From Chrysomallon squamiferum (Eukaryota; Animalia; Mollusca), in contig CM022676.1 of assembly GCA_012295275.1 (NCBI GenBank), positions 558,001 to 622,000 of the forward strand: a stretch of 64,000 nucleotides of DNA. The letters run 5' to 3'. This document shows, piece by piece, positions 41,290-56,917 of the stretch (position 1 is its first letter; each line of letters begins with the position of its first letter). The translations under genes were made by a program, and so were the position numbers. The notes under the pieces are model-generated. The model saw only the letters and a list, made by a program, of their open reading frames with translations, was not told the origin of the DNA and ran no database searches.

Positions 41290-44200
41290 ACGTAATTATA
41301 TACGTATACTTATTTATCTGTTTATTAAATAATTAAGGACGTAAATAATCACCTATGAAAGAAAGAAAGAAACAATTGCCTAAGTAAGTAGGAAAGCAAG
41401 TAACTACTTGAATAATTACCTAAGTAAGTGAGAATATATGTGCATACAAAATTAACTAAGTAAGGAAGAAAGCAAGTAAGTACGTAAATAATTACCTAAG
41501 TAGGAAAGAAAAAAGAACTACGTAAATAATTACCTATGTAAGAAAGTAAGTATATACATTAAGACTTATCTAAGTAAGAAAGAAGGTAAGTACGTAAGTA
41601 ATTCATTAAGTAAGGATGAAAGCAAGTAAGTACGTATATAATTACATATATAAGAAAGTAAGTAAGTAGGTAAACAGTTACATAAGAAAGCAAGAAAGGA
41701 AGAAAGTACGAGAATAAATACCTAAGTAAGCAAGAAAGCAAGTAAGTACGTGAATAATTACCTAATTAAGTGATAATGTTAGTAAGTACATTATCAATTA
41801 CCTATGTAAGAAACAATGGAGGTAAGTACCTAATTACTTACCTAATTTAGTAAGAAAGCAAGTAAGTACGTAAATAATTATCTGTGTAAGAAAGTATGTA
41901 AGTACATAAATATATCAATACTTGAGAAGGTAAGTAAGTACTTTCAAAATTACCTAAGTAAGAAAGAAAGTAAGAACGTAAATAATTTACTAAGTAAGCA
42001 CCAATGCAAGAAAGTAAGTAAATAATTACCTAAGTAAGTCAGAAAGTCAGTAGGAACCATAACACATTCCTAAGAAAGTAAGAAAGCAAGTAAATTCGTG
42101 AATAATTACCCAAGTAAGTGAGAATGTAAGTAAGGACATTAACAATTATCCAAGTAAGAAACAAAATAAGTCAGTACGTAAATAAGGAAGAAAAAAAGTA
42201 AGTACGTAAATACTTACCTAAGAACGTTAGAATGTAAGTAAGTGCATTAATAAGTATCTGTGTAAGAAAGTAAGTACATAAATATATCAGTACATGAGAA
42301 AGTAAGTAATTATCTAACTATACAATAAAGCAAGTAAATAAATTACGTATGTAAGGAAGAAAGAGAAGAGTAAGTACGAAAACAAATTACCTAAGTAAGT
42401 AAGAAAGTAAATAAGTGCATTAACAATTATCTAAGTAAAAATGAAAGTAAGCAAGTAGGAAAATAATTATCTAAGTAAGTGAGCAAGTATGTAGGGACCA
42501 GAACAAGTACCTAAGTAAGCAAGAAAGCAAGCAAGTACGTAAATTATTACCTAAGTAGGTGAACATTTGATTAAGTATATTAATAATTATCTAAGTAAGA
42601 AAGAAAGAAATTAAGAAAGTAAATATTTAACTAAGTAAGCAAGAAAGGAAGTAACCACGTAAATAAATACCTGAGTAAGTGAGAAAGTAAGTAGGTACCA
42701 TGACAAATACCTAAAAAGAAAGTACGTAAATAATTTCCTAAGAAAGCAAGTAAGTAAGAAAATAATTAACTAAGTAAGTACGTAAACAATTACGTAAGTA
42801 AGCAAGTAAACAATTAGGTACGTAACTAATTATTATATAAAGAAAAAAGATAGTAAGTAAATAAATAATTACATAAGTAAGCAAGCAAGCAAGTAAATAA
42901 AGTATGTATGTATGAAAATAATTACCTAAGTAAGTGAAAATATAAATATGTACATTAGCAATTATCTAAGTAAGAAATAAAGTAAGTAAGTAAGGAAATA
43001 CTTTCCTAAGTAAGTGAGAAAGTTATTAGGAACGATAACAAATACCTAAGTAAGCAAGAAAGCATGTAAGTAAGTAAATATGTACCTAAATAAGTGAGAA
43101 TGTAAGTAAGTACATTACCAATTATCAAAGTAAGAAAGAATCTCAGCAAGTACATAACTAATTACCTAAGTAAGAAAGAAAGATAGTGAATACATAAATA
43201 ATTATCTAAGCAAGGAAGAAACTAAGAACGTACATAATAACCTAAGTACATGAGAAAGTAAGTAGGTACCTTAACAATTACCTAAGTAAGAAAGAAAGTA
43301 TATATATATATAAATAAGTTCCTAAGTAAGAAAAAGTAAGTGAGTACGTAAATAATTACCTAAGTAACTGAGAATATAATTATGCACATTAGCAATTATC
43401 TAAGAAAGAAAGGAAGAAAGAAAGTAAGTACGTAAGTAGTTTCCTAAGAAAGAAAAAAGTAAGTATATATAATTACCTAAGTAAGTGAGAAAGTAACTAT
43501 ATACCTTAACAATTAAGACAGAAAACAAGTAAGACAGAAAACAAGTAAGTACGGATATAATTTACTAAGTCAGCAAGAAAGTAAGTAAATACGTAAAAAC
43601 TTACTTAACTCGGTATGTAAGCTACTAAGTACGTAACTAATTACATAAGTAAGGAAGAAAGATAGTAAGTACAGAAATAATGACCTAACTAAGGAAGGAA
43701 GCAAGTGCGTACGTATATAATTACCTAAGTATGTGAGAAAGTAAGTAGATACATTAAAAATTACCTAAGTAAGAACAAACTATGTAAATAATTTCATAAG
43801 AATGAAAGTAAGTGAGTACGTAAATAATTACCTAATTAAGAGAGAAAGCAGGTAAGTACATTAACAATTACATAAGTAAGTGAGAAAGTAAGTAGGTACC
43901 TTAATAATTACCTATGTAAGAAAGAAACGAATTAAATATGTAAAAGATTACATAAGTGAGCAAGAAAGAATGTTATTGCATACATAATTACATAACTCAA
44001 TGAGAAAGTAAGTAGGTAACTTAATAATTACATAAGTAAGAAAGAAAGTAAGTAAGTACGTAAGTAATTTCTAAGTAGGCAAGTAAGCTATTAAGGAAGT
44101 AAGTATGTACCTTAATTAATTACCCAAGTAAGAAAGAAAGTAAGTACATTAACAATTGTCTAAGTAAGAAAGAAAAAAGTAAGTTCGTAAATAATTCCCT

Positions 44201-47200
44201 AAATAAGAAAGAAAGCAAGTATGTAGGTAAAGAATTACCTAAGTAAGTAAGAAATTAAGTACATTAACAATTACTTAAGTAAGAATACGTAAATGGCTAT
44301 CTAAGAAAGAAAGAAAGCAAGTCAGTACGAAAATAATTACATAAGTATGTGAGAACGTAAGTAAGAACCATAACAAATACCTAAGATAACAAGAAATTAA
44401 GTAAATACGTAAATAATTACATAAATAAGCGAAACAACAACTAAGTACGTAAATAATTATATAAGTAAGTGAGAATTTAAGTACACTAACATTTATCTCA
44501 GTAAAAGAGAAAGAAAGTAAGTTCTTAAATAATTAAGTAAGAAAGAAAGTAAGTAGGTACCTTAATAATTACCTATGTAAGAAAGAATGTAATTCAATAT
44601 GTAAAAGATTACATAAGTGAGCAAGAAAGAATGTTATTGCATACATAATTACATAACTCAGTGAGAAAGTAAGTAGGTAACTTAATAATTACATAAGTAA
44701 GAAAGAAAGTAAGTAAGTACGTAAGTAATTTCTAAGTAGGCAAGTAAGCTATTAAGGAAGTAAGTATGTACCTTAATTAATTACCCAAGTAAGAAAGAAA
44801 GTAAGTACATTAACAATTGTCTAAGTAAGAAAGAAAAAAGTAAGTTCGTAAATAATTCCCTAAATAAGAAAGAAAGCAAGTATGTAGGTAAAGAATTACC
44901 TAAGTAAGTAAGAAATTAAGTACATTAACAATTACTTAAGTAAGAATACGTAAATGGCTATCTAAGGAAGAAAGAAAGCAAGTCAGTACGAAAATAATTA
45001 CATAAGTATGTGAGAAACTAAGTAAGAACCATAACAAATACCTAAGATAACAAGAAATTAAGTAAATACGTAAATAATTACATAAATAAGCGAAACAACA
45101 AGTAAGTACGTAAATAATTATATAAGTAAGTGAGAATTTAAGTACACTAACATTTTTCTCAGTAAAAGAGAAAGAAAGTAAGTTCTTAAATAATTAAGTA
45201 AGAAAGAAAGTAAGTACATTAAGAATTAACTAAGTAAGAAAGAAAAAAAAAGTTCGTTAATTATCTCAGTAAAAGAAAGAAAGTAGGAACGTAAATAATT
45301 ACGTAAAGTAAAGAAAAACACAAGTAAATACGTAAATAATTACCTAAGAACCTGAGAATGCAAGTAAGTACATTAACAATTGTCTAAGAAAAATAAAAAC
45401 TTACTACTTAAATAAATAATGAGATAAGTAAGCAAGGAAACAAGTAACTAAGAAAGTGAGAATGCAAGTCAGTACATTAACAATTATGTGAGTAAGAATG
45501 TAAGTAAGTACTTAGCTAATGACCTAAGTTAGCAAGGAAGAGAATAAGTAAGTAAATAGTAACCTAAGTAAGTACATTACCAATTATCTAAATAACAAAT
45601 AAATTAAGTAAGTAAGTAAATAATGACCTAAGTAAGCAAGGATGCAACTTTCTAAGGAAGTGAGAATGGAAGTAAGTACATTAACAATTATCTAAGTAAT
45701 AAATAAATTAAGTAATTACGTAAATAATGACCTAAGTAAGCAAGGAAGCAAGTACCTAACTAAGAGTGAATGCAAGTCAGTACATTTACAATTATGTGAC
45801 TAAGAATGTAAGTAACTACTTAATTAATGTGCTAGGTTAGCAAGTAAGCGACTAAGTTAGTAAATAGTAACCTAAGTAAATACAATAACAATTATCTAAC
45901 TAAGAAAGAAAGTAAGTAAGTACGTAAATAATGATCTAAGTTGGCAAGGAAGCGAGCAACTAGGTGAAAATGCAAATTTGTACATTAACAATTATCTCAG
46001 TAACAACGTAAGTAAGTACGTAAATAATGACCAAAGTAAGCAAGGATGAAGCTTACTTAGTTAGTGAGAATGCAAGTAAGTACGTTAACAATTATCTAAG
46101 TAAGAAATAAATTTAGTACTTACCTAAATAATGACCTAAGTAAGCAAGGAAACAAGTAACTAAGAAAGTGAGAATGCAAGTCAGTACATTAACAATTATG
46201 TGAGTAAGAATGTAAGTAAGTACTTAGCTAATGACCTAAGTTAGCAAGGAAGAGAATAAGTAAGTAAATAGTAACCTAAGTAAGTACATTACCAATTATC
46301 TAAATAAAAATAAATTAAGTAAGTAAGTAAATAATGACCTAAGTAAGCAAGGATGCAACTTTCTAAGGAAGTGAGAATGGAAGTAAGTACATTAACAATT
46401 ATCTAAGTAATAAAAAGAATGTAAGTAAATTACGTAAATAATGACCTAAAGATAAGGAAGCAAGTAAACTTAATTACCTAACTAAGAGAGAGAATGCAAG
46501 TAAGTACATTTACAATTATACTAAAGTAAAACTAATTTATTAACTTACTAAAATTAATTAACTAAAAGCAACCTAACTAAGTTAGTAAAAGTAAAAGTAA
46601 GTAAATAACAACAATAACAATTATCTAATTAAGAAAATAAGTAAGTAAGTAAATAATGATCTAAGATTGCAACAATTATCTAAGTAAGAAATAAATTTAG
46701 TACTTACCTAAATAATGACCTAAGTAAGCAAGGAAACAAGTAACTAAGAAAGTGAGAATGCAAGTCAGTACATTAACAATTATGTGAGTAAGAATGTAAG
46801 TAAGTACTTAGCTAATGACCTAAGTTAGCAAGTAAGCGACTAAGTTAGTAAATAGTAACCTAAGTAAATACAATAACAATTATCTAACTAAGAAAGAAAG
46901 TAAGTAAGTACGTAAATAATGATCTAAGTTGGCAAGGAAGCGAGCAACTAGGTGAAAATGCAAATTTGTACATTAACAATTATCTCAGTAACAACGTATG
47001 TAAGTACGTAAATAATGACTTAAGTAAGCAAGGATGGAACTTACTTAAGTCGTGAGAATGCAAGGTAGTACGTTAACAATTATCTGAGTAAGAAATAAAT
47101 TTAGTACTTACCTAAATAATGACCTAAGTAAGCAAGGAAGCAAGTACCTAAGTAAGAGAGAATGACAGTCAGTACATTGACAATTATGTGAATAAGAATG

Positions 47201-50200
47201 TAAGTAAGTACTTAATTAATATCCTAGGTTAGCAAGTAAGCGAGTAAGTTAGTAAATAGCAACCTAAGTAAATACAATAACAATTATCTAACTAAGAAAG
47301 AAAGTAAGTAAGTACGTAAATAATGATCTAAGTTGGGAAGGAAGCGAGCAACTAAGTGAAAATGCAAATTTGTACATTAACAATTATCTCAGTAACAACG
47401 TAAGTAAGTACGTAAATAATGACCAAAGTAAGCAAGAATGCAGCTTACTTAGTTAGTGAGAATGCAAGTAAGTACGTTAACAATTATCTAAGTAAGAAAT
47501 AAATTTAGTACTTACCTAAATAATGACCTAAGTAAGCAAGGAAACAAGTAACTAAGAAAGTGAGAATGCAAGTCAGTACATTAACAATTATGTGAGTAAG
47601 AATGTAAGTAAGTACTTAGCTAATGACCTAAGTTAGCAAGGAAGAGAATAAGTAAGTAAATAGTAACCTAAGTAAGTACATTACCAATTATCTAAATAAC
47701 AAATAAATTAAGTAAGTAAGTAAATAATGACCTAAGTAAGCAAGGATGCAACTTTCTAAGGAAGTGAGAATGGAAGTAAGTACATTAACAATTATCTAAG
47801 TAATAAATAAATTAAGTAATTACGTAAATAATGACCTAAGTAAGCAAGGAAGCAAGTACCTAACTAAGAGAGAATGCAAGTCAGTACATTTACAATTATG
47901 TGACTAAGAATGTAAGTAACTACTTAATTAATGTGCTAGGTTAGCAAGTAAGCGACTAAGTTAGTAAATAGTAACCTAAGTAAATACAATAACAATTATC
48001 TAACTAAGAAAGAAAGTAAGTAAGTACGTAAATAATGATCTAAGTTGGCAAGGAAGCGAGCAACTAGGTGAAAATGCAAATTTGTACATTAACAATTATC
48101 TCAGTAACAACGTATGTAAGTACGTAAATAATGACTTAAGTAAGCAAGGATGGAACTTACTTAGTTCGTGAGAATGCAAGGTAGTACGTTAACAATTATC
48201 TGAGTAAGAAATAAATTTAGTACTTACCTAAATAATGACCTAAGTAAGCAAGGAAGCAAGTACCTAAGTAAGAGAGAATGACAGTCAGTACATTGACAAT
48301 TATGTGAATAAGAATGTAAGTAAGTACTTAATTAATATCCTAGGTTAGCAAGTAAGCGAGTAAGTTAGTAAATAGCAACCTAAGTAAATACAATAACAAT
48401 TATCTAACTAAGAAAGAAAGTAAGTAAGTACGTAAATAATGATCTAAGTTGGGAAGGAAGCGAGCAACTAAGTGAAAATGCAAATTTGTACATTAACAAT
48501 TATCTCAGTAACAACGTAAGTAAGTACGTAAATAATGACCAAAGTAAGCAAGAATGCAGCTTACTTAGTTAGTGAGAATGCAAGTAAGTACGTTAACAAT
48601 TATCTAAGTAAGAAATAAATTTAGTACTTACCTAAATAATGACCTAAGTAAGCAAGGAAACAAGTAACTAAGAAAGTGAGAATGCAAGTCAGTACATTAA
48701 CAATTATGTGAGTAAGAATGCAAGTAATTAAACAATTATGAAGAGTAAGAATGTAAAAGTAAAGAATGTAAGTACAATAACAATTATCTAACAAAAAAAA
48801 TAAGTTAGCTAATGAGTAATAACCTAAGTTAAATTATCTAAGTAAAGAAAAATTAAGTAACTTAAGTAAATAAACCTAAAAATAATAAAGAGAAACAAAT
48901 AATTTAACAATTAAGTAAAAATGTAAGTAATACTAATGACCTAAGTTTAACCAAGTAAGTACATTACCAATTATCTAAATAACAAATAAATTAAGTAAGT
49001 AAGTAAATAATGACCTAAGTAAGCAAGGATGCAAGTTTCTAAGGAAGTGAGAATGGAAGTAAGTACATTAACAATTATCTAAGTAATAAATAAATTAAGT
49101 AATAAATAAATTAAGTAATTACGTAAATAAAATAATGACCTAAGCAAGGAAGCAAGTAAGCTAAGTACCTAACTAAGAGAATGAATGCAAGTACATTTTA
49201 CATTTACAATTATGTGACTAAGAATGTAAGTAACTACTTAATTAATGTGCTAGGTTAGCAAGTAAGCGACTAAGTTAGTAAATAGTAACCTAAGTAAATA
49301 CAATAACAATTATCTAACTAAGAAAGAAAGTAAGTAAGTACGTAAATAATGATCTAAGTTGGCAAGGAAGCGAGCAACTAAACGAAAATGCAAATTTGTA
49401 CATTAACAATTATCTCAGTAACAACGTAAGTAAGTACGTAAATAATGACCAAAGTAAGCAAGAATGCAGCTTACTTAGTTAGTGAGAATGCAAGTAAGTA
49501 CGTTAACAATTATCTAAGTAAGAAATAAATTTAGTACTTACCTAAATAATGACCTAAGTAAGCAAGGAAACAAGTAACTAAGAAAGTGAGAATGCAAGTC
49601 AGTACATTAACAATTATGTGAGTAAGAAGTAAGTACTTAGCTAATGACCTAAGTTACCAAGGGAAAATAAGTAAGTTAATTAAAATAATAAATAAGTAAA
49701 TAGTAAAGTAAATAAGTAAATAATTAAAATAATCTAAATAACAAAAATTAAAAGTAAATAAATAAAGTAAATTATCTAAAATAACAAATAAAATTGAAAA
49801 GCAAAAGTAATTAACAAATAAATTAAGTAAGTAAGTAAATAAGTAAAAGTAAGCAAGGATGCAACTTTCTAAGGAAGTGAGAATGGAAGTAAGTACATTA
49901 ACAATTATCTAAGTAATAAATAAATTAAGTAATTACGTAAATAATGACCTAAGTAAGCAAGGAAGCAAGTACCTAACTAAGAGAGAATGCAAGTCAGTAC
50001 ATTTACAATTATGTGACTAAGAATGTAAGTAACTACTTAATTAATGTGCTAGGTTAGCAAGTAAGCGACTAAGTTAGTAAATAGTAACCTAAGTAAATAC
50101 AATAACAATTATCTAACTAAGAAAGAAAGTAAGTAAGTACGTAAATAATGATCTAAGTTGGGAAGGAAGCGAGCAACTAAGCGAAAATGCAAATTTGTAC

Positions 50201-53200
50201 ATTAACAATTATCTCAGTAACAACGTAAGTAAGTACGTAAATAATGACTTAAGTAAGCAAGGATGGAACTTACTTAGTTAGTGAGAATGCAAGTAAGTAC
50301 GTTAACAATTATCTAAGTAAGAAATAAATTTAGTACTTACCTAAATAATGACCTAAGTAAGCAAGGAAACAAGTAACTAAGAAAGTGAGAATGCAAGTCA
50401 GTACATTAACAATTATGTGAGTAAGAATGTAAGTAAGTACTTAGCTAATGACCTAAGTTTAATAATAACCTAAGTAAGTTAAAGTAAAGTAAGTAAACAA
50501 AAACAAAGTAAAAAGTAAATAGTAACCTAAGTAAATACAATAACAATTATCTAACTAAGAAAGAAAAAGTAAAGTAAATAAATAATGCAATCTAAGTTAA
50601 AGGAAAGCAACTAAGTGAAAAATGCAAATTTGTACATTAACAATTATCTCTAAGTAAGTAATGTAAGTGAGTAAAAATAAAATAAACAAAAAGTAAGAAA
50701 AATGGAACTTATTACTTAATAAATTAAGTAAATGCAAAGTAACGTTAACAATTATCTAAGTAAAAATAAATTTAGTAACTTACCTAAATAATGACCTAAG
50801 TAAGCAAGGAAACAAAAGTACCAAAGTAAGAAGAGAATGACAGTGTGAAGTAAATTTACAATTATGTAAATAACTTAATTAAATGTAAGTAAAGTACTTA
50901 AATTAATATCCTAGGTTAAGTAAAAAAAAAGTAAGTAAGTTAAGTAAATAGCAACCTAAGTAAAATAACAATAACAATTATCTAACTAAGAAAGAAAGTA
51001 AGTAAGTACGTAAATAATGATCTAAGTTGGGAAGGAAGCGAGCAACTAAGTGAAAATGCAAATTTGTACATTAACAATTATCTCAGTAACAACGTAAGTA
51101 AGTACGTAAATAATGACCAAAGTAAGCAAGAATGCAGCTTACTTAGTTAGTGAGAATGCAAGTAAGTACGTTAACAATTATCTAAGTAAGAAATAAATTT
51201 AGTACTTACCTAAATAATGACCTAAGTAAGCAAGGAAACAAGTAACTAAGAAAGTGAGAATGCAAGTCAGTACATTAACAATTATGTGAGTAAGAATGTA
51301 AGTAAGTACTTAGCTAATGACCTAAGTTAGCAAGGAAGAGAATAAGTAAGTAAATAGTAACCTAAGTAAGTACATTACCAATTACTAACCTAAGTAAGTA
51401 AGTAAATTACCAATTATCTAAATAACAAATAAATTAAGTAATAAAGTAAGTAAAGTAAATAATGACCTAAGTAAGCAAGGATGCAAGTTTCTAAAAAAGG
51501 AATGAGAATTAACAATTAAGTAAGTACATTAACAATTATCTAAGTAATAAATAAATTAAGTAATTACGTAAATAATGACCTAAGTAAGCAAGGAAGCAAG
51601 TACCTAACTAAGAGAGAATGCAAGTCAGTACATTTACAATTATGTGACTAAGAATGTAAGTAACTACTTAATTAATGTGCTAGGTTAGCAAGTAAGCGAC
51701 TAAGTTAGTAAATAGTAACCTAAGTAAATACAATAACAATTATCTAACTAAGAAAGAAAGTAAGTAAGTACGTAAATAAAATAAAAGTACAAAAATCTAA
51801 CTAAGAAAAAAGTAAGTAAAGTAAGTATGTAAGTAAAATGACCTAAGTAAGTAAGGAAGTTAAATAACTAAGTGAAAATAAAATTTGTACATTAACAATT
51901 ATCTCAGTAACAAATTAAGTAAGTAAGTACGTAAATAATGACTTAAGTAAGCAAGGATGGAACTTACTTAGTTCGTGAGAATGCAAGGTAGTACGTTAAC
52001 AATTATCTGAGTAAGAAATAAATTTAGTACTTACCTAAATAATGACCTAAGTAAGCAAGGAAGCAAGTACCTAAGTAAGAGAGAATGAAAGTCAGTACAT
52101 TAACAATTATCTAAGTAATAAATAAATTAAGTAAATAAATAATGACCTAAGTAAGCAAGGAAGCAAGTACCTAACTAAGAGAGAATGCAAGTCAGTACAT
52201 TTACAATTATGTGAATAAGAATGTAAGTAACTACTTAATTAATGTGCTAGGTTAGCAAGTAAGCGACTAAGTTAGTAAATAGTAACCTAAGTAAATACAA
52301 TAACAATTATCTAACTAAGAAAGAAAGTAAGTAAGTAAGTAAGTACGTAAATAATGATCTAAGTTGGCAAGGAAGCGAGCAACTAAGTGAAAATGCAAAT
52401 TTGTACATTAACAATTATCTCAGTAACAACGTAAGTAAGTACGTAAATAATGACCAAAGTAAGCAAGAATGCAGCTTACTTAGTTAGTGAGAATGCAAGT
52501 AAGTACGTTAACAATTATCTAAGTAAGAAATAAATTTAGTACTTACCTAAATAATGACCTAAGTAAGCAAGGAAACAAGTAACTAAGAAAGTGAGAATGC
52601 AAGTCAGTACATTAACAATTATGTGAGTAAGAATGTAAGTAAGTACTTAACTAATGACCTAAGTTATCAAGGAAGAGAATAAGTAAGTAAATAGTAACCT
52701 AAGTAAGTACATTAACAATTATCTAAGTAAGAAATAAATTAAGTAATTACGTAAATAATGACCTAAGTAAGAAAGGAAGCAAGTAACAAAGTAATTGAGA
52801 ATGCAAGTAAGTACATTAAGAATTATCTAAGTAAGAAAAACATTAAGAAGGTACATAAATAATGACCTAAGTGAGCAATGATGCAAGTAACTGAGGAAAT
52901 GAGAAAGCAAGTAAGTGCATTAACAATTATCTAAGTAAGAAAGTAAGTAAGTTCGTAAATAATGAACTAAGTTAGCAGGGAAGCGAGTAACTAAGTAAGT
53001 CAGAATGCAAGTAAGTACATTAAGAATTATCTAATCAAGAAAAACATTAAGAAGGTACATAAATAACGACCTAAGTAAGCAAGGATACAAGTAACTAAGG
53101 AAATAAGAAAGCAAGTAATGTGCATTAACAATTATCTAAGTAAAAAAGTATGTAAGTTCGTAAATAATGAACTAAGTTAGCAGGGAAGCCAGTAACTAAT

Positions 53201-55850
53201 TAATTGAGAATACTAGTAAGTACATTAAGAATTATCTATGTAAGAAAGAAATTAAGAAGATACATAAATAATGACCTAAGTAAGCAAGGATGCAACTAAG
53301 GAAATGAGAAAGCAAGTAAGTGCATTATCAATTATATAAGTAAGAAAGTAAATAAGTACGTAAATAGTTACCTAAGTTACAAAGGAAACGGGTATGTAAT
53401 TAAATAGAAACCTACGTAAGTACATTAACAATCATCTAAGTCAGAAAGAAATTAAATAATTACGTAAATAATAACCTAACTATTAAAAAAGCAAGAAACT
53501 AAGTAAGTGAGAATTCATGTAAGTACATTAACAATTATCTAAGTAAGAAAGTAAGTAACTACGTAAATAATGGCCTAACTTAGCATGGATGCGAGTAACT
53601 AAGTAAGTGAGAAAACTTTAAGAATTATCTATGTAATTAAGAAATTAAGAAGGTACATAAATAATGACCTAAGTAAGCAAGGATGCAAGAAACTAAGGAA
53701 ATGAGAAAGCAAGTAAGTGCATTAACAATTATGTAAGTAGGAAAGTAAGTAAGTATGTAAATAGTGACCTAAGTTCGCTATGAATCGTGTAAGTAAATAA
53801 ATAGAAACCTACGTAAGTACATTAACAATAATCTAAGTAAGAAAGAAATTAAGTAATTACGTAAATAATAACCTAACTATTAATGAAAGCATGAAACTAA
53901 GTAAGGGAAAATGCATGTAAGAACATTAATAATTACCTAAGAAAATCAAAAAGTAAGTAGGCATTTTATCAGTTACCTAAGTAAGACAGAAAGCAAGTAA
54001 GTAGGTAAATAATTAGCAAAGTAAGTCAGAAAAGTTCATTAAGAATTATCTAAGTAAGTAAGTACGTATATAATTACCTAAGTAAGCGAGAACGGAAGTA
54101 AGTTCGTAAATTATTACCTGACTAAGTGAGAATATAAGTAAGTACATTAACAATTATCTACGTAAGAAAGAAACCACATATGTATGTGAATAATTACCTA
54201 AGTAAGTGAGAAAGTAACTAATTATCTTAACAATTACCCAAGTAAGAAAGAAGGTTAGTTTGTTCGTAAATAATTACCTAAGTAAGATAGAAAGAAGGTA
54301 CAAAAACAATTATCTAAGTAAGGGAGTAAGCTGGTAAATACATAAATAATTACCTAAGTAAGAAACAAAGAAAGTCAGTTCGTATATAATTACCAAAGTA
54401 AGCAAGTAAGCTAGTAAGTATGTAAATAATTACGTAAGTGAGAATGTATGTAAGTACATTAACAATTAACTAAGTAAGAAAGAAAGTAAGGAAGTAGGTA
54501 AATAATTAAGTAAGTAAGCAAGAAAGCAAGTAAGTTCGTATATAATTACCTAAGTAAATGAGAATGTAAGTAAATACCTCAACAATTAACTAAGTAAGAA
54601 AGAAAGTAAGTAAGTACGTAAATTATTACCTATGTAAGCAAAAACTGAAGTAAATAGATAAATAATTACCTAAGAAAGAAAGCACTAAAATAATTACCTA
54701 AGTAAGCAAGAAAGGAAGTAAGCACGTAAATAATTATCTTAGAAAGTGAACAAGTAATTACGTACATTAACAGTTACCTAAGTAAGAAAGAAAGTAAGAA
54801 AGTACAAAAATAATTATAAGCAAGTAAGTTAGTAAGTATGTAAATAATTACATAAGGAAGTGGAAAAGTAAGTACGTCCAATAACAATTATCTAAGTAAG
54901 AAAGAAACTAAGTAAGTTCGTAAATAATTACCTATGTAAGAAACTAGGTAAGAATATTAACAATTGTCTAAATAAGAAAGAAAGTAAATAAGTACGTCAA
55001 TAGTTACCTAAGTAAGCAAGTAAGATGGTAAGTACCTAAATAATTACCTAAATAAGAAAGAAAGGATAGTAAGAACATAAATAATTACCTAACTAAGCAA
55101 CGAGGCAAGCAAGTACGTAAATAATTATCTAAGTAAGTAAGAATGTAAGTGGGAGCTAAAGCAAATGCCTAAGTAAGCAAGCAAGCGAGTAAGTACGTAA
55201 ATAATTACTTAAGTAAGCAAGAAAGCAAGTAAGTACCTAAGTAATTAAGAATGTAAGTAAGTACATTAACAGTTATCTAAGTAAGAAAGAAAGTAAATAA
55301 GTACGTAAATAATTACCTAAGTAAGTGAGAATATAAGTAAGTACATTAACAGTTATCTAAGTAAGAAAGAAAGCAAGTAAGTACATAAGTAATTACCTAA
55401 GTAACTGAAAAAGTAAGTAAGTATCTTAACATTTTCCTATGTAAGAAAGAAAGTAAGTTAGTACATAAATAATTACTTATGTTTGAAAGTGCATGAGAAA
55501 GTGCATGAGCAACTGCCAAAGTGAGAAATAAAGTAAATAAGTATATAATAATTACCTAAGCAAGCAGGCTGGTAACTACGTAAACAATTACCTAAGTAAG
55601 CAAGAAAGCAAGTAAGTGCGTAAATAATTACCTAAGTAAGTGAGAAAGTAATTAATTACTTAACAATTACCTAAGTAAGAAAGAAAGTAAGTAAGGACGT
55701 AAATAATTATCTATGTAAGAAAGTAAGTACATTAGCAATTACCTGAGTGAGAAAGTAAGTAAGTACGTATACAATTACCTGAGTGAGAAAGTAAGTAAGT
55801 ACGTATACAATTACCTGAGTGAGAAAGTAAGTAAGTACGTATACCTTAGT
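41290..55850. repeat. ~14.5-kb complex satellite with ~36-bp monomers at the flanks and 100/104-bp monomers in 404/712/1116-bp higher-order repeats in the core
   Basis: The caattat marker recurs at 46977, 47077, 47181, 47281, 47381, 47481, 47585, 47685, 47789, 47893, 47993, 48093; 36-bp units at 55736, 55772, 55808. Confidence 0.95.
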
Positions 55851-56857
55851 AAGGGAGCTGATATAACAACACAGACCACTGCACATGAGACACGTCACCT
55901 TGATGGAAAACAGATAAGACTGAGTTTTTAAAAAAAAAGTTGTAAATATTGTAGGAATGAAGGAGCTGAGGTATAGTTCATATTGTGCAAAGATCAAACA
56001 AATAGCCATTCATAATTATAATAATCATTTAGCAAGAACAAACTATAACTGTGAACCGAAAAGGGATAGGTTTATACTAAAATTCATATTCATTAATTGT
56101 TTAATAGTTATATTCAGACTGCGCCGATTTTGATAAATGACTGCGTATTGTAGTTACTCTCTGTATTATTCTAATCAACATTTTTAATAATATAATTTTT
56201 ATTTTATAGTTGATGAACCAATAATTCATGTATATTATATTCAAGACACTATTCATCGTTCACAGAACCACACACATATAAACACACACACGCATGCATA
56301 CATAATCAAACTTAGCCACACACATACATAGACAAATAGAGGCACACGCATAACAGTCAAACTTAAACACACACACATATACACAGACGTATCTATGCGT
56401 AATTTTAGCTTACATTTCTAAAGTGTATATAATGTCGATGTCATTTTAAATAAAAATAAATGAAAAGAGCTAGATAGATAGACAGATAGACAGACATATA
56501 AATGAATAAATATATATATAGATACATAGAAAGACAGGTAGATATATATGAATGACTAATGTGAGTACTTTCCTTTATGTCATACTGACATGCATGATTT
56601 GCAAACTACCACACTGAAAGGTATTGTTCATCATTCTTAATAAAAACGCTTTGTAAGCTAAACTTATTTGATCTTATTATCTTTATTGTGTCATACGTTC
56701 CGATCACCTACTAACAACAACTGTTACAAACGCCAGTGCGGTTTAAAAATAAACTGCATCTGTCAACATGTTATATATATAAAAATGTGAATCAACATCT
56801 TAATTAACGTTGTTTTTGACAGATTTTGACAGATCTGTCTACTTTTTCAAACAAGAA

Positions 56858-56917
56858 ATGTCTTTCTTTCCGTATATATTTGGATTTACTTACTTGTTCT
56901 ACCTACAGTCGTTTCAG
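56858..56917 (+). pseudogene. Third copy of the signal exon, +2-nt frameshift
   Basis: 60 nt instead of 58; reads MSFFPYIFGFTYLFYLQSFQ with a phase-0 donor. Confidence 0.7.

Noticed and set aside
48720-51880. Scrambled A-rich patches within the HOR core (also ~46520-46670)
   Set aside because: They look like consensus/polishing artefacts in a repeat array rather than biological variants.
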